Below are positions 28,429-38,406 of a DNA stretch of 64,000 nt, piece by piece. Under the pieces are notes generated by a model. The model ran no database searches and was not told the DNA's origin. It was given only the letters and a program-made list of their open reading frames with translations. The position numbers were made by a program, and so were the translations under genes. Source of the stretch: an uncultured virus (IMG/VR IMGVR_UViG_3300024259_001989) (taxonomy: Duplodnaviria > Heunggongvirae > Uroviricota > Caudoviricetes); the IMG/VR virus record IMGVR_UViG_3300024259_001989; one strand, 5' to 3'. Position 1 is the stretch's first letter. Each line of letters starts with the position of its first letter.

Positions 28429-28899
28429 ATGGACTTACTACAAGTAATAATACCTGAGCCTCAAAGTTTTCGTATCCTAATGGATGACGATGAAGAGATT
28501 AGGATTATAGGATATGAGAAAATAGATATTAACTTTTGCGATAGGATTATAATCAAAAACGGAAAGTCAATAACAGTTCAATCGCCAATGATCACATATA
28601 TTTTAAGGTTAGATAGTAAATCTAAAAAACAAATACAAACGATATTCTCAAATGCTTTTCCTGGAACTTTCAGCACATATCAAATGAGACAGGGAAGAAT
28701 AAAAGTTGGTAGACATGGGTATATATTTAATGTCGAAATATGGGGGAAGCCAGACATGAGTGAATCCATGCTTTATACGAGAAAATATAAAGATGATATT
28801 ATGGTGAGTTTGAAATTGGAGAATACTAGCGTATCTCTATTCGACAGGGCAGAAGATGCCTATGAAAAATATACACGTTTTGAAATTATGGATTTGTGA
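28429..28899 (+). CDS. hypothetical protein, RFEIMDL tag
   Basis: variant C-terminal motif. Confidence 0.7.
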   Translation: MDLLQVIIPEPQSFRILMDDDEEIRIIGYEKIDINFCDRIIIKNGKSITVQSPMITYILRLDSKSKKQIQTIFSNAFPGTFSTYQMRQGRIKVGRHGYIFNVEIWGKPDMSESMLYTRKYKDDIMVSLKLENTSVSLFDRAEDAYEKYTRFEIMDL

Positions 28900-29316
28900 A
28901 TGAAAAAAGATATGTTCGGGACAGAAATAAAAGTGGGGGATTTTGTAATATATGCTCAAGCATATTATGCAAAACATTTTGAAAAAGCAATCGTTATTGC
29001 GAGTGAAAGTGATTTTATAAGAGTAGAGTATGTAGGCGATTCATCATATTCTGTAAAGCAATATTGTAAAAAGAGGGGTAAAAAAAGTAAGCTTACAGCT
29101 ACAGATAAAAGAATCATTGTTATGGGGTCAGCCACTATTGATAAAGATACTGATGTTTATCAGAATGAGAGAAAAAGATTTGACAAAGAAAAAAAAGCTC
29201 TTCAAGCTAAAATCTTAAAATCGCATGGTAGAGAGAAGAAATTAGTAGAAGATAATAAGTTATTACAATTAGAAGTAGATAAGATACATGATCGTTTTGA
29301 TATATTGGACTTATAG
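28900..29316 (+). CDS. hypothetical protein (SH3/KOW-like start), RFDILDL tag
   Basis: KDMFGTEIKVGDFV; C-terminal motif. Confidence 0.7.
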   Translation: MKKDMFGTEIKVGDFVIYAQAYYAKHFEKAIVIASESDFIRVEYVGDSSYSVKQYCKKRGKKSKLTATDKRIIVMGSATIDKDTDVYQNERKRFDKEKKALQAKILKSHGREKKLVEDNKLLQLEVDKIHDRFDILDL

Positions 29317-29771
29317 TGGAAAATAATGCTTTAGAAATTTTAGGTGGTAGATTTTCGATTCTTTATGATGGTGTTATAGTCATGCAGAATGTAGTTCCTG
29401 AAGTTATTGAATGTCAGCCTATACCTCCTTATAACCATCTTGTTTATGCCTTCACTGCAAGAAGTAATCCTCATAGTCTTATGAATTTTGATGGTCTTGT
29501 TCAAAATGGGGCAGTATCTCATACGATGTGTAAGATATCAAATGGATTTGCTGAGTGTGATGCTTATATAGATAGTTATGAAATAGAGCAAAATCATGCG
29601 AGTATAGAATATGGTGGGCATAGTTATTTACCTCCTGGTGGTCAACAAGTTATTATCCAAGGACATGTCGAAGCTCGATCAATTAACGATGATTATAAAT
29701 ACAATCCTAACAGAGTTAAGAAAAAGAAACCAGAACCTATTTATAGCAGGTTCGATATTTTAGATTTATAA
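29316..29771 (+). CDS. hypothetical protein, RFDILDL tag
   Basis: C-terminal motif. Confidence 0.7.
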   Translation: MENNALEILGGRFSILYDGVIVMQNVVPEVIECQPIPPYNHLVYAFTARSNPHSLMNFDGLVQNGAVSHTMCKISNGFAECDAYIDSYEIEQNHASIEYGGHSYLPPGGQQVIIQGHVEARSINDDYKYNPNRVKKKKPEPIYSRFDILDL

Positions 29772-29781
29772 GGAGATTTAA

Positions 29782-30042
29782 ATGCTTGGTAGTATATTTT
29801 CAAAAATTATAGGAAGTCAGGTTAGTAATGCAGTTTCAAGTAGCGGAGGAAGCACTATGGCAATTGCTATATCTTCCCTTATATTGCTTCTGCTAGTTGT
29901 ATTGGGTTTATTAATATGGTTCTTCTGTGCTTGTCATGGATGGCTAGTCCTAGTCTTTCCTGCATTTGCAGCATTTCCACGATGGGCTTTTGTCTTGTTG
30001 ATGTTTATGTTTACTAATAGAGGCACTAGCAGTAGTAAATAA
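29782..30042 (+). CDS. small membrane protein
   Basis: long hydrophobic segments. Confidence 0.65.
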   Translation: MLGSIFSKIIGSQVSNAVSSSGGSTMAIAISSLILLLLVVLGLLIWFFCACHGWLVLVFPAFAAFPRWAFVLLMFMFTNRGTSSSK

Positions 30043-30043
30043 T

Positions 30044-30757
30044 ATGAACACATATACCGAATTAATAGATAAGCATGTAGGAGAATCTTGCATAATTCTA
30101 GGAGCAGGCCCATCATTATATGATCTCTGTATGTCTTATCATTTTGCAAAGATAATTGATCATGTTGTTATATCTGTTAATTCAGCGTTTATGTCATTAG
30201 CAAAGTTTGAGTTAGATCCTGAAAAACATTATTGGGTTAGTTGCGACTCATTATGTAGGCGTTGGGACTATTGGAATGACGTAAAAAAATCTAGAAGCAC
30301 TAAAGTGGTTAGAAGTAGTTGGTTAAAATATAAGGGAGAATTGGATAATTTTTTATATTTTGAACCAAGACCTACTTCAGAAGGTGTGGTCAATCCTGAT
30401 GATGTAGGTTTGTGTTATTCTTCCTCCATTCCTGCAAGTATTGATCTCGCTCTCCAGCTTGGGTGTAAAAAGATTATTCTTTTCGGAGTAGATCATAATA
30501 CTATTAAAGGGAGACACCATTTCTGGCAGTTGTTGTATGATAGAAACGATCGCCCTACAGCTAATGATCCGTTAATATATGATTCTTGGGAGAAGCAACA
30601 AAGAGTTTTTAAGTTTAACAATAAAGCTTACAAAGCTTTGAGAAAGTTTGCAGACTATAAAAAAGCAGAAATATATAATTGCAGTAGCATAACCAAAGTT
30701 ACAGCCTTTGATAGGATAACAATAGACTATGCTTTTAAATTAATAGAAAATAATTAA
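30044..30757 (+). CDS. DUF115/Maf-like (MptE-fold) putative glycosyltransferase
   Basis: CIILGAGPSL, ISVN, LGCKKIILFGVDH, IYNCS. Confidence 0.7.
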   Translation: MNTYTELIDKHVGESCIILGAGPSLYDLCMSYHFAKIIDHVVISVNSAFMSLAKFELDPEKHYWVSCDSLCRRWDYWNDVKKSRSTKVVRSSWLKYKGELDNFLYFEPRPTSEGVVNPDDVGLCYSSSIPASIDLALQLGCKKIILFGVDHNTIKGRHHFWQLLYDRNDRPTANDPLIYDSWEKQQRVFKFNNKAYKALRKFADYKKAEIYNCSSITKVTAFDRITIDYAFKLIENN

Positions 30758-30825
30758 AGAATAAAAAGGAATTTTCCGATATTAGTAGAATATATATAAT
30801 ACTAATATCAACAGGAGTATAAATT

Positions 30826-30993
30826 ATGAGTAAGAAGTTTGAAAAAAATTTAATAGTTGCTGTTCCAGAGTCTCTTTTTAAAGATTTCAAAGGGATATGT
30901 GAAGAAAGATACACAACTATGTCTCAAGAAATTCGTAATTTTATGCTCCAATATGTAGAGGGGTATAGAAATGAGAAAAAAAATAACGACTAA
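30826..30993 (+). CDS. RHH protein, paralog of 25836..26000 (not in ORF track, 55 aa)
   Basis: CAGGAG RBS; MSKKFEKNLIVAVPESLFKDFKGICEERYTTMSQEIRNFMLQYV. Confidence 0.7.
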   Translation: MSKKFEKNLIVAVPESLFKDFKGICEERYTTMSQEIRNFMLQYVEGYRNEKKNND

Positions 30994-31933
30994 AGAATTT
31001 ATAGAAAGAGCAAAAGATGTCCATGGAGATAAGTATATCTATAATAAAACAGAATATATTAATAGCAAGGCTGATGTGAAAATATATTGTAAGAAACATG
31101 AAGATTTTTTCTGGCAGAGACCTTCTCATCATTTAGATGGGCATGGTTGTGGATATTGTGCTGGTAAAAAGAAATTAACAAATAGGGAGTTTGTAAGAAA
31201 AGCCAAGGAAATCCATAAAAATAGATACGGTTACGAGTATATTAGTTATGATGTATATGATACTCCAATTAAAATATTTTGTAAAAAACACGAAGAATTC
31301 TTTTATCAAAAACCTCATGACCATCTTAGAGGAGCAGGCTGCTCTAAATGCGGATTAGAGTCATCTTCTAAAAAACAATCTAAAAGTCAAGGAGATTTTA
31401 TAAAAGAAGCTGTGAAAATACATAAAGATAAATATAGTTATGACAATGTTAAATATATTAATGCTAGATCCATAGTTGAAATTATTTGTTTAAAACATTT
31501 TTCTTTTTTTCAAACTCCCGACAATCATTTAAGAGGGCAGGGTTGTCCAGTTTGTCATAAAAAAGGAGAGAGTGAGGTGGGGGAAATTTTAAAAACGTTT
31601 TTTAAAGATTGGAATATCTGTTCTCAAAAAAAGATATGGTCATCATTCAGAAGTTATTCAAAAGATCGTTTTTGTGATTTTTGGTTGGAAAAAGATGAAA
31701 TAAAAATAATGGTAGAGTACGATGGAGAGCAACACTTTAAGCCAGTTCGTTTTAATGGAATGTCTTTTAAGAAGGCAGAAAAAGAGTTCAAAAAGACACA
31801 AATAAAAGATGAGTTAGATAAGCAATTTTGTGAAGAAAATAATATCATTCTTCATAGAATAAAATACGATGAAGATAAAGAGAAGTCAATAAAGAATTTA
31901 AAATATTTATTAACAGGAGAAAAAAATGATTGA
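30971..31933 (+). CDS. homing endonuclease: 3 DUF723-like repeats plus PD-(D/E)xK domain
   Basis: paralog of 25981..26745. Confidence 0.8.
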   Translation: MRKKITTKEFIERAKDVHGDKYIYNKTEYINSKADVKIYCKKHEDFFWQRPSHHLDGHGCGYCAGKKKLTNREFVRKAKEIHKNRYGYEYISYDVYDTPIKIFCKKHEEFFYQKPHDHLRGAGCSKCGLESSSKKQSKSQGDFIKEAVKIHKDKYSYDNVKYINARSIVEIICLKHFSFFQTPDNHLRGQGCPVCHKKGESEVGEILKTFFKDWNICSQKKIWSSFRSYSKDRFCDFWLEKDEIKIMVEYDGEQHFKPVRFNGMSFKKAEKEFKKTQIKDELDKQFCEENNIILHRIKYDEDKEKSIKNLKYLLTGEKND

Positions 31934-32360
31934 TGTAAAAGAGATAGTGTTGAATTATGAAAAATTTATACATGTGTGTTGTGGAGAATTGCTTAATACG
32001 TTAATTGTCTATAATTTTGAAATTTTAGTAGAGGCAATGAAAAACCTAGAAAATCCGTATGGATGGATTCCTGGTTCCAATATAGATTTATCTATAAGTA
32101 TAGACGATTTAATTTTAAAATCTATAAATAAAGATAATGAAAAAGATTTTAGAGTTTTTAGATCATCGAACCATCATCTTCTGGCAAAATCTTGCGTTAA
32201 GTTTTTAAAGAAACAGTCTTATGATATATCTCTAGGAGATAATGATACAATACAAATTATAATGGAAAAAGAAGAAGCTTCTAATATAGTCCGAGCTATT
32301 AAAGATATGATATTAGAAAGTGAAGTAGATAGAAATGTTTTTGGAAATCTAGATAATTGA
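31926..32360 (+). CDS. hypothetical protein
   Basis: CAGGAG RBS, 144 aa. Confidence 0.55.
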   Translation: MIDVKEIVLNYEKFIHVCCGELLNTLIVYNFEILVEAMKNLENPYGWIPGSNIDLSISIDDLILKSINKDNEKDFRVFRSSNHHLLAKSCVKFLKKQSYDISLGDNDTIQIIMEKEEASNIVRAIKDMILESEVDRNVFGNLDN

Positions 32361-32592
32361 TTAATTTAAAAAAGAATTGATTACGCTTTTAGAATATTAG
32401 GAAATAATGAACATTACTCTTAAATATTGGATTGAAATAGGGTTCTCTTTGAATCTATTCCATTTTTCTTTCTCTGAAAATAAAGTAAGAGACAAGAGAA
32501 ATTAATATATTAGGAGTTATTATGAAGACGTTTGGATGTTCAGAAGAAGAATATGCTAAGTGGGTAGAGCTTAAAGGAAGGATTAAAAGATA

Positions 32593-32775
32593 ATGAGTGA
32601 ATCATGTAATATTTGTAAATTTTGGAAAAAAGAAAAAGAAGGTGATATGGGAGAATGTCGTAGGTATCCTCCCTTTCTAAGAAAGATGGCTTGGCATGTA
32701 GTAGCCGAAAGCGATTATGCTATATGGCCAAAAACCTATATGCATCAGTGGTGTGGAGAATATAAAGAAAAATAA
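32593..32775 (+). CDS. small Cys-rich phage protein
   Basis: CNICKFW...GECRRYPP...WCGEY. Confidence 0.6.
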   Translation: MSESCNICKFWKKEKEGDMGECRRYPPFLRKMAWHVVAESDYAIWPKTYMHQWCGEYKEK

Positions 32776-32866
32776 AAATATTTTAAAATAAAAAGAGGGA
32801 TTTGAATGTAACTTAGTAACTATATAATAAAGTGACAAGAAAATTATCTAACGGATAGGAGAAATA

Positions 32867-33160
32867 ATGGCAAAGAGAAAAAAGAAAAATAGTATAATAC
32901 AGGACACATCAGCAGGAGAAATGATTCTTGATGTAACTGCTAAAGATTCAAAAGTTCAGTCAGATAGTCTAATGACTACAGAAGCAAAACTTCACCCATC
33001 TGACTCTATAACTTTCTATATGAGAATGAGCAAAGATTTATTAGATCATGTAAAACAGACAGCTAGGGAGAGATCTTATAATGAGCAGAAAGATATTACT
33101 TATCAGATGCTTATTATAGAAGCCGTTGCAAAAACTTATCCATTACCTAGGGAGAAGTAG
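32867..33160 (+). CDS. putative RHH-like DNA-binding protein
   Basis: ITFYMRMSKDLLDHVK..A...TYQMLIIEAV. Confidence 0.5.
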   Translation: MAKRKKKNSIIQDTSAGEMILDVTAKDSKVQSDSLMTTEAKLHPSDSITFYMRMSKDLLDHVKQTARERSYNEQKDITYQMLIIEAVAKTYPLPREK

Positions 33161-34359
33161 TGGCTAAGAAATTAACAACAAAAGAGTTTATAGCTAAATC
33201 CAAGAAGGTCCACGGTGATAAATATGATTATTCTAAGGTCGAATATATAAGTCAGCTAGAAAAAGTTAAAATATTTTGCAAAAAGCATAAAAGATATTTT
33301 TTTCAAATTCCAAAAATTCATTTAAGAGGAAGTGGTTGTAAGGATTGCGGAAGAGAAAAAGTGGGAAAAATAACTGGAGACAGAAGTAGATCAACGAAAA
33401 AACGATTCATTAATAAGGCTATTAGTATCCATGGGGATAAATATGGTTACTCTAAAGTTGAATACATAAATAACGATACAGATGTGAAAATATTTTGTAA
33501 AAAATGTAAAAAATATTTTTATCAAACTCCTATTAGTCATCTCAATAGAAAAAAATGTTCGCATTGCCATCCAGAAAAAAATAAATCATGGGAGATTAAT
33601 AGCAAGAGTATTTTCGTTAAGGAATCTAGAGATGCACATAAGAATAGATATGATTATTCTGGTGTCTGTTTTACATCCATAAGAGCAAAAGTAAAAATAT
33701 TATGTAAGAAACATGATAAATATTTTTATCAGACTCCATATAATCATTTGATAGGTTATGGATGTCCTCAATGTGGGGTTGAAAAAAGAGTCGAAAAGAT
33801 GTCTTTTAGTAAAGAAGACTTTATAAAAAAAGCAATAGAACTACATGGGAAAGATATTTATGATTATTCTGATGTTGAATACGTTAATACAAAAACAAAA
33901 GTAAAAATTAGATGTTTGAAACATAATAAATATTTTTATCAACGTCCTAACGGGCATTTGGTCGGTCAGGGTTGTCCTTTTTGCCTCAAGAAGTATGAGG
34001 GAAAAACATATGATATAATAAAAGTCGTATTTGATGATTGGGATATTTGCAATCATAAAAAAATATGGGATAACTATGGTAGCTATTATCATAAAAGGTA
34101 CTGTGATTTTTGGTTAGAAAAAGATGATATAAAAGTGATGATAGAATATGACGGAAAACAACATTATATGCCTGTGAGATTTAATGGGATGAGTTGTGAA
34201 AAAGCGGATGTAAGATTTGAAGAACAGCGACATATAGATAAGTTGGATACTAAGTTTTGTAAAGAGAACAATATTATTCTTCATAGAATTAAATATGATG
34301 AGGATAAGAAAAAATCAATTGTGGGGCTAAGGGATAGAGTCGATAATTTATGGAATTAA
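33160..34359 (+). CDS. homing endonuclease: 4 DUF723-like repeats plus PD-(D/E)xK domain
   Basis: paralog; CDFWLE...IEYDGKQH. Confidence 0.8.
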   Translation: MAKKLTTKEFIAKSKKVHGDKYDYSKVEYISQLEKVKIFCKKHKRYFFQIPKIHLRGSGCKDCGREKVGKITGDRSRSTKKRFINKAISIHGDKYGYSKVEYINNDTDVKIFCKKCKKYFYQTPISHLNRKKCSHCHPEKNKSWEINSKSIFVKESRDAHKNRYDYSGVCFTSIRAKVKILCKKHDKYFYQTPYNHLIGYGCPQCGVEKRVEKMSFSKEDFIKKAIELHGKDIYDYSDVEYVNTKTKVKIRCLKHNKYFYQRPNGHLVGQGCPFCLKKYEGKTYDIIKVVFDDWDICNHKKIWDNYGSYYHKRYCDFWLEKDDIKVMIEYDGKQHYMPVRFNGMSCEKADVRFEEQRHIDKLDTKFCKENNIILHRIKYDEDKKKSIVGLRDRVDNLWN

Positions 34360-35072
34360 AAGAATTACAAGATAAACATAAAGATGAGATAATTTTTGTT
34401 GTTGGTAGCGGTCCTTCGATGAAAGATATTGACAACGATATATTAAAAGATGAAATTGTTATTGCAGTTAATGGTGGAATTTCTAAAATCCCATTTGCAC
34501 AATATATAATCAGCGATGACAGAGATATCATGAGCTGGAGTTATTTCGATATAGTTAGGAAATCTAATTGTATTTGTTTGTTTTATGAGGATAAATTTAA
34601 AAATTATATAGATAACTCGTTAAAAGAAAGAACGATTTTTTATAAGCATAAGAGCTGGTTTTCACCACCAGATATATATAATTTGCCAGATGGACTTGTT
34701 TTAACTAAGGACGTAGTTGAGCCAATTGTGGGCAGTAGGACGAGTGCTGGAAGTGGAGTTCATATGGCATACTGCATGGGGGCAAAAGTTATTGTTTTAT
34801 TAGGAAATGATTGCCGACTATCTAATAATAAATTTAACTATCGATATTATTGGCAATTTCCTGGTGAGCAAAAGCAATATAGAATTAAGGGTAGAAAGTT
34901 TACTCCTCAGACTCAAAACAGGGGGTTTGATAAAGATTCTTTTGTGGAGTATTGGAATTACTTTGCAGAAGTAAATAAAGATAGTGATATTAATATTATA
35001 GATGCTTCTGATAGTTGCTTGGATTGTTTTCCAAAGATGAGTATTAGAGAAGTGTTGGACAATTACAAATAA
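34350..35072 (+). CDS. DUF115/Maf-like putative glycosyltransferase
   Basis: VVGSGPSM, IAVN, MGAKVIVLLGND. Confidence 0.7.
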   Translation: MELKELQDKHKDEIIFVVGSGPSMKDIDNDILKDEIVIAVNGGISKIPFAQYIISDDRDIMSWSYFDIVRKSNCICLFYEDKFKNYIDNSLKERTIFYKHKSWFSPPDIYNLPDGLVLTKDVVEPIVGSRTSAGSGVHMAYCMGAKVIVLLGNDCRLSNNKFNYRYYWQFPGEQKQYRIKGRKFTPQTQNRGFDKDSFVEYWNYFAEVNKDSDINIIDASDSCLDCFPKMSIREVLDNYK

Positions 35073-35082
35073 GGAGAATGAG

Positions 35083-35808
35083 ATGTCAAAGAAAGTAGTT
35101 TTGCCAAAGGGCAAACCAATTGTATTTAAAGATGGTAAGAAGGTAGATTTTTCATCAGTCAATGATCAGTGGATAGATGGAGATATACTGGGAGAAGAGA
35201 TGAACTATGTTTCAAGAATGACTGAAGGACTTGCGACAGGGACTATGATGGATGATAAAGAGTATTCCCTTTTGAAGAACAAAGTTGTTAAAGAGATGAT
35301 TAATGACAAAGTAGTTACTCTCACAAAAAGATTATGTGAGATGGCTAAAAAGAAAAGTACTATTTATGATCATGCAGCGGTGATCCAGAATGAGACTCTT
35401 AAAGCGTATCAGAGTTATGCTGAGCAGGTTGCTAAAGATAATACTATAGAGATTTATTTTGATGAAATGACAGGAGAATATAAGATAAATAGGAGTCCAT
35501 TGCCTGTTTCTTTAAGGCGTAATCATGCTAATGTTCGCTCATATCAATGGCACACGATAGATCTTAAGGAACTTAAAGCAGAGATTCAAGGAAGAGGAGA
35601 AGGGATAGGGGAGACTCATAAACCATCTGTTCCAGACTCAGATCTTTTAAAAGAAGTTGAAGGCAAATTAAAAGCTCAGGGTTTGGAAAAATTGGCCGAA
35701 AAAATTAATAAAGTAACGAAGAAAAAAGAGACTAAGAAGAAGGTTGTTAAAAAGACGATAAGTAAAAAGAAAACAGTAACAAAGAAAAAGAAAAGAGGCA
35801 AAAAATGA
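35083..35808 (+). CDS. hypothetical protein with Lys-rich C-terminal tail
   Basis: KKKVVKKTISKKKTVTKKKKRGKK. Confidence 0.6.
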   Translation: MSKKVVLPKGKPIVFKDGKKVDFSSVNDQWIDGDILGEEMNYVSRMTEGLATGTMMDDKEYSLLKNKVVKEMINDKVVTLTKRLCEMAKKKSTIYDHAAVIQNETLKAYQSYAEQVAKDNTIEIYFDEMTGEYKINRSPLPVSLRRNHANVRSYQWHTIDLKELKAEIQGRGEGIGETHKPSVPDSDLLKEVEGKLKAQGLEKLAEKINKVTKKKETKKKVVKKTISKKKTVTKKKKRGKK

Positions 35809-36395
35809 ATAAAAAAGATGGTATTGTGATGGCTAATGGTGTGGTTCTGAAAGAAGGTCTAAATGTTTTTAAACCTGATAAGACTTTGGTGGAAAAATCG
35901 TTATCACATGTAGCAAAGATGTCTAAGGGTTTGTATTCTGGAATTCTTAATGATGATCTTGAATTTATAAAGTTTCAAGAGGAATCTATGGAGGGCATCA
36001 TAAAGAAAGAGACAGAGAAGGTCTGCCATAAAGTAGTAACAAATGCTGAGAAGAATCTACACAAGTTGTCTAATGAGATGGCTCTGGCCGCATCTGCTCG
36101 TTATGTCTATGGTCATAGAAGTAATAAAGAAGTTGTTGGTATAGATTTAGAGACAGGAAATTTTAAGACTAAGGTTAAAAAAGAAAAAAGTGATTATAAT
36201 ATCGATGCAACGAAATTAGAAGCTATTTTAGAAGATGTTGGAGATAATCTTGCTAGTTTTAACTCATCAGAAATAGAGATTCTTAAAAAGACTACTGACG
36301 ACATTAAAAAAAGAAAAGAGAAGATCAAGAAGAAGGTAGTTGCTAAAAAGAAAACAGCAACTAAGAAAAAGGCAAAGAAACGTGATAGGAAGTAA
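35805..36395 (+). CDS. hypothetical protein with Lys-rich C-terminal tail
   Basis: KKKVVAKKKTATKKKAKKRDRK. Confidence 0.6.
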   Translation: MNKKDGIVMANGVVLKEGLNVFKPDKTLVEKSLSHVAKMSKGLYSGILNDDLEFIKFQEESMEGIIKKETEKVCHKVVTNAEKNLHKLSNEMALAASARYVYGHRSNKEVVGIDLETGNFKTKVKKEKSDYNIDATKLEAILEDVGDNLASFNSSEIEILKKTTDDIKKRKEKIKKKVVAKKKTATKKKAKKRDRK

Positions 36396-36418
36396 TCTTA
36401 TTATAAGGTAGAAATAAA

Positions 36419-36727
36419 ATGACGCAGAAAGTTAATAATTGTATCAAGTGTGGATCGGATGATATTAAAGTATGGGATTGTGGCTATTCTAGTTTCAACT
36501 GTGGTGGAGCAGAATGCAGAAACTGCGGAAATAAAAAGACAGTTAGTTATAACGATGGAGTAGAGGATGTTATTAGAAGCTGGAATAAACACAGTCCTAT
36601 TGTTGAAGACTATATAAAAAGACTAGAAAAGAGAATAGTCGGATATAAGAAGAACATAGAAGATACGAAAAAAGAAATGACTAAATATAATAGAATACTT
36701 ATGGAAAAGACGTATGGTAGGAAATAA
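36419..36727 (+). CDS. Lar-like zinc-finger protein
   Basis: CIKCGS...CRNCG...SWN pattern. Confidence 0.45.
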   Translation: MTQKVNNCIKCGSDDIKVWDCGYSSFNCGGAECRNCGNKKTVSYNDGVEDVIRSWNKHSPIVEDYIKRLEKRIVGYKKNIEDTKKEMTKYNRILMEKTYGRK

Positions 36728-37439
36728 AAAAGTCTTATGTGTGATATTAGCCAGAGCGGGGTCAAAGGGGATTCCTATGAAAAATGTAAAAAACTTACTT
36801 GGGAAGCCTTTGTTTATGTGGTCAGTAGAGGCAGCAATACAATCTAAATATATCGATAGAGTTGTTATTTCAAGTAATTGCTGGAAGTGTCGTAAGATTA
36901 TACAAGAATATAGTAAGGGAACAGTTATACCTTATTTCTTACAGCGTCCAGAAGAGATAAGCGGAGACTTATCTAAGAATGAAGATGCTCTCATACATGC
37001 TCTTAATCAATCAGATGATAATGAATATGGAGTAGTTATAAATCTCCAAGTAACCAGTCCTTGTCGATTAGATGGTCTTGTAGACCGTTGTATCGAAGAG
37101 TATGATGCAGGAGGATATGATAGTTTGCTTACTGCCACAAAAGATACTCCTTTTTTGTGGCGAAAAAAAGATGGGAAGTGGACATATCCTGTAGACTATA
37201 ACGATTGTTGTGACAGAAAGATGAGACAAGAGTTCGATGAAGATGAATTTTTACTACATGACAATGGCAACTTGTATATTACAGAAAGTAGAATTCTACT
37301 TGACAGGGAATGTAGAATAGGCTATAATCCTTGTGTATTTGAGACTAAGGGCATTAATGGGCTTCAAATCGATGAAGAATTTGATTTTGAGTTAATAGAG
37401 ACTATGGCAAGAGCGAAGAAATTAGAAAGTTTAATATAA
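36714..37439 (+). CDS. neuA: acylneuraminate cytidylyltransferase (CMP-nonulosonate synthetase)
   Basis: ILARAGSKGIPMKN..LLGKPL, RP, LQVTSPCR, NGNLY, IDEEFDF. Confidence 0.9.
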   Translation: MVGNKKVLCVILARAGSKGIPMKNVKNLLGKPLFMWSVEAAIQSKYIDRVVISSNCWKCRKIIQEYSKGTVIPYFLQRPEEISGDLSKNEDALIHALNQSDDNEYGVVINLQVTSPCRLDGLVDRCIEEYDAGGYDSLLTATKDTPFLWRKKDGKWTYPVDYNDCCDRKMRQEFDEDEFLLHDNGNLYITESRILLDRECRIGYNPCVFETKGINGLQIDEEFDFELIETMARAKKLESLI

Positions 37440-37614
37440 TGTTTTATAATTTGGAAGTTGTTAAGTGCTGTATTAATTGTAAACATTGGGACGAAGGACA
37501 TGGAGATTATAAGTCTACATGCAACTATGAACCTAGCGGAAACGTGGTTTTTTCTCCTGCTCATATATGTGATAGATATGAAGTCCAAGATAATTATTGG
37601 AAGGATTTAATATA

Positions 37615-38406
37615 ATGAAGATAACATTTTTAGGTGTCAGTGGTGCATTGTCAGCAAAGTATAATTCCAACATGCTCATCGAAAATGATAAAGACTGTAT
37701 GCTCTTTGATTGTGGAGAGGACGTTATGCATTCTTTAAATGCTGCGGGACGCAAACCTGAAGAATTGACAGATGTTTTCATATCTCACCTACATTATGAT
37801 CACATGGGTGGTTTGAGCTGGCTTGGATACTATACTTATTTTGTAATGAAGAAGAGATTGACTATGTATATCCATGAGTCAATGATTTCTGATATATGGG
37901 CTATGCTTAGACCTGCTATGGAGAAGCTTGATGGTATGGCAGAGATGATGTCTTTGGACGACTATTTCAATATTGTTCCATTCAAAGATAATGATTCATG
38001 TGTAGTCGGTAGTTTCTATTTTGAACCTGTCAAACAGCTTCATGTTGCAACTCCTCAAGGTAATATGTATTCCTATGGAGCAATATTTAAACATTCTACC
38101 TTGGAAGGTAAGTGTTGGATAGCTCTTAACAGTGGTGAAGCAAAAGTGCTTATTACTTCTGACACTAAGAGTCTGCATATTCCTCTTGGAGTGTTTCCGA
38201 CTATGATATTCTGTGATGTTGATGTTATGAATCTTGGTGGAGTTCATCCCAACTACGATGTTCTTAAAGCGATGCCATCAGGGATAAAAGAAAACATGTG
38301 GTTATATCATTATCATGACTTCCACGACATAGGAATGGATGTGCCTAATTATGAAAAAGATGGTTTCGCAGGTTTTGTTGAAGAAGGTCAGGTGTTTGAA
38401 ATATAG
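37615..38406 (+). CDS. MBL-fold metallohydrolase, Apyc1 (anti-Pycsar)-like
   Basis: ITFLG, FDCG, SHLHYDHMGGL, SLDDYF, TSDT, GVH, MWLYHY, GFVEEGQ. Confidence 0.7.
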   Translation: MKITFLGVSGALSAKYNSNMLIENDKDCMLFDCGEDVMHSLNAAGRKPEELTDVFISHLHYDHMGGLSWLGYYTYFVMKKRLTMYIHESMISDIWAMLRPAMEKLDGMAEMMSLDDYFNIVPFKDNDSCVVGSFYFEPVKQLHVATPQGNMYSYGAIFKHSTLEGKCWIALNSGEAKVLITSDTKSLHIPLGVFPTMIFCDVDVMNLGGVHPNYDVLKAMPSGIKENMWLYHYHDFHDIGMDVPNYEKDGFAGFVEEGQVFEI

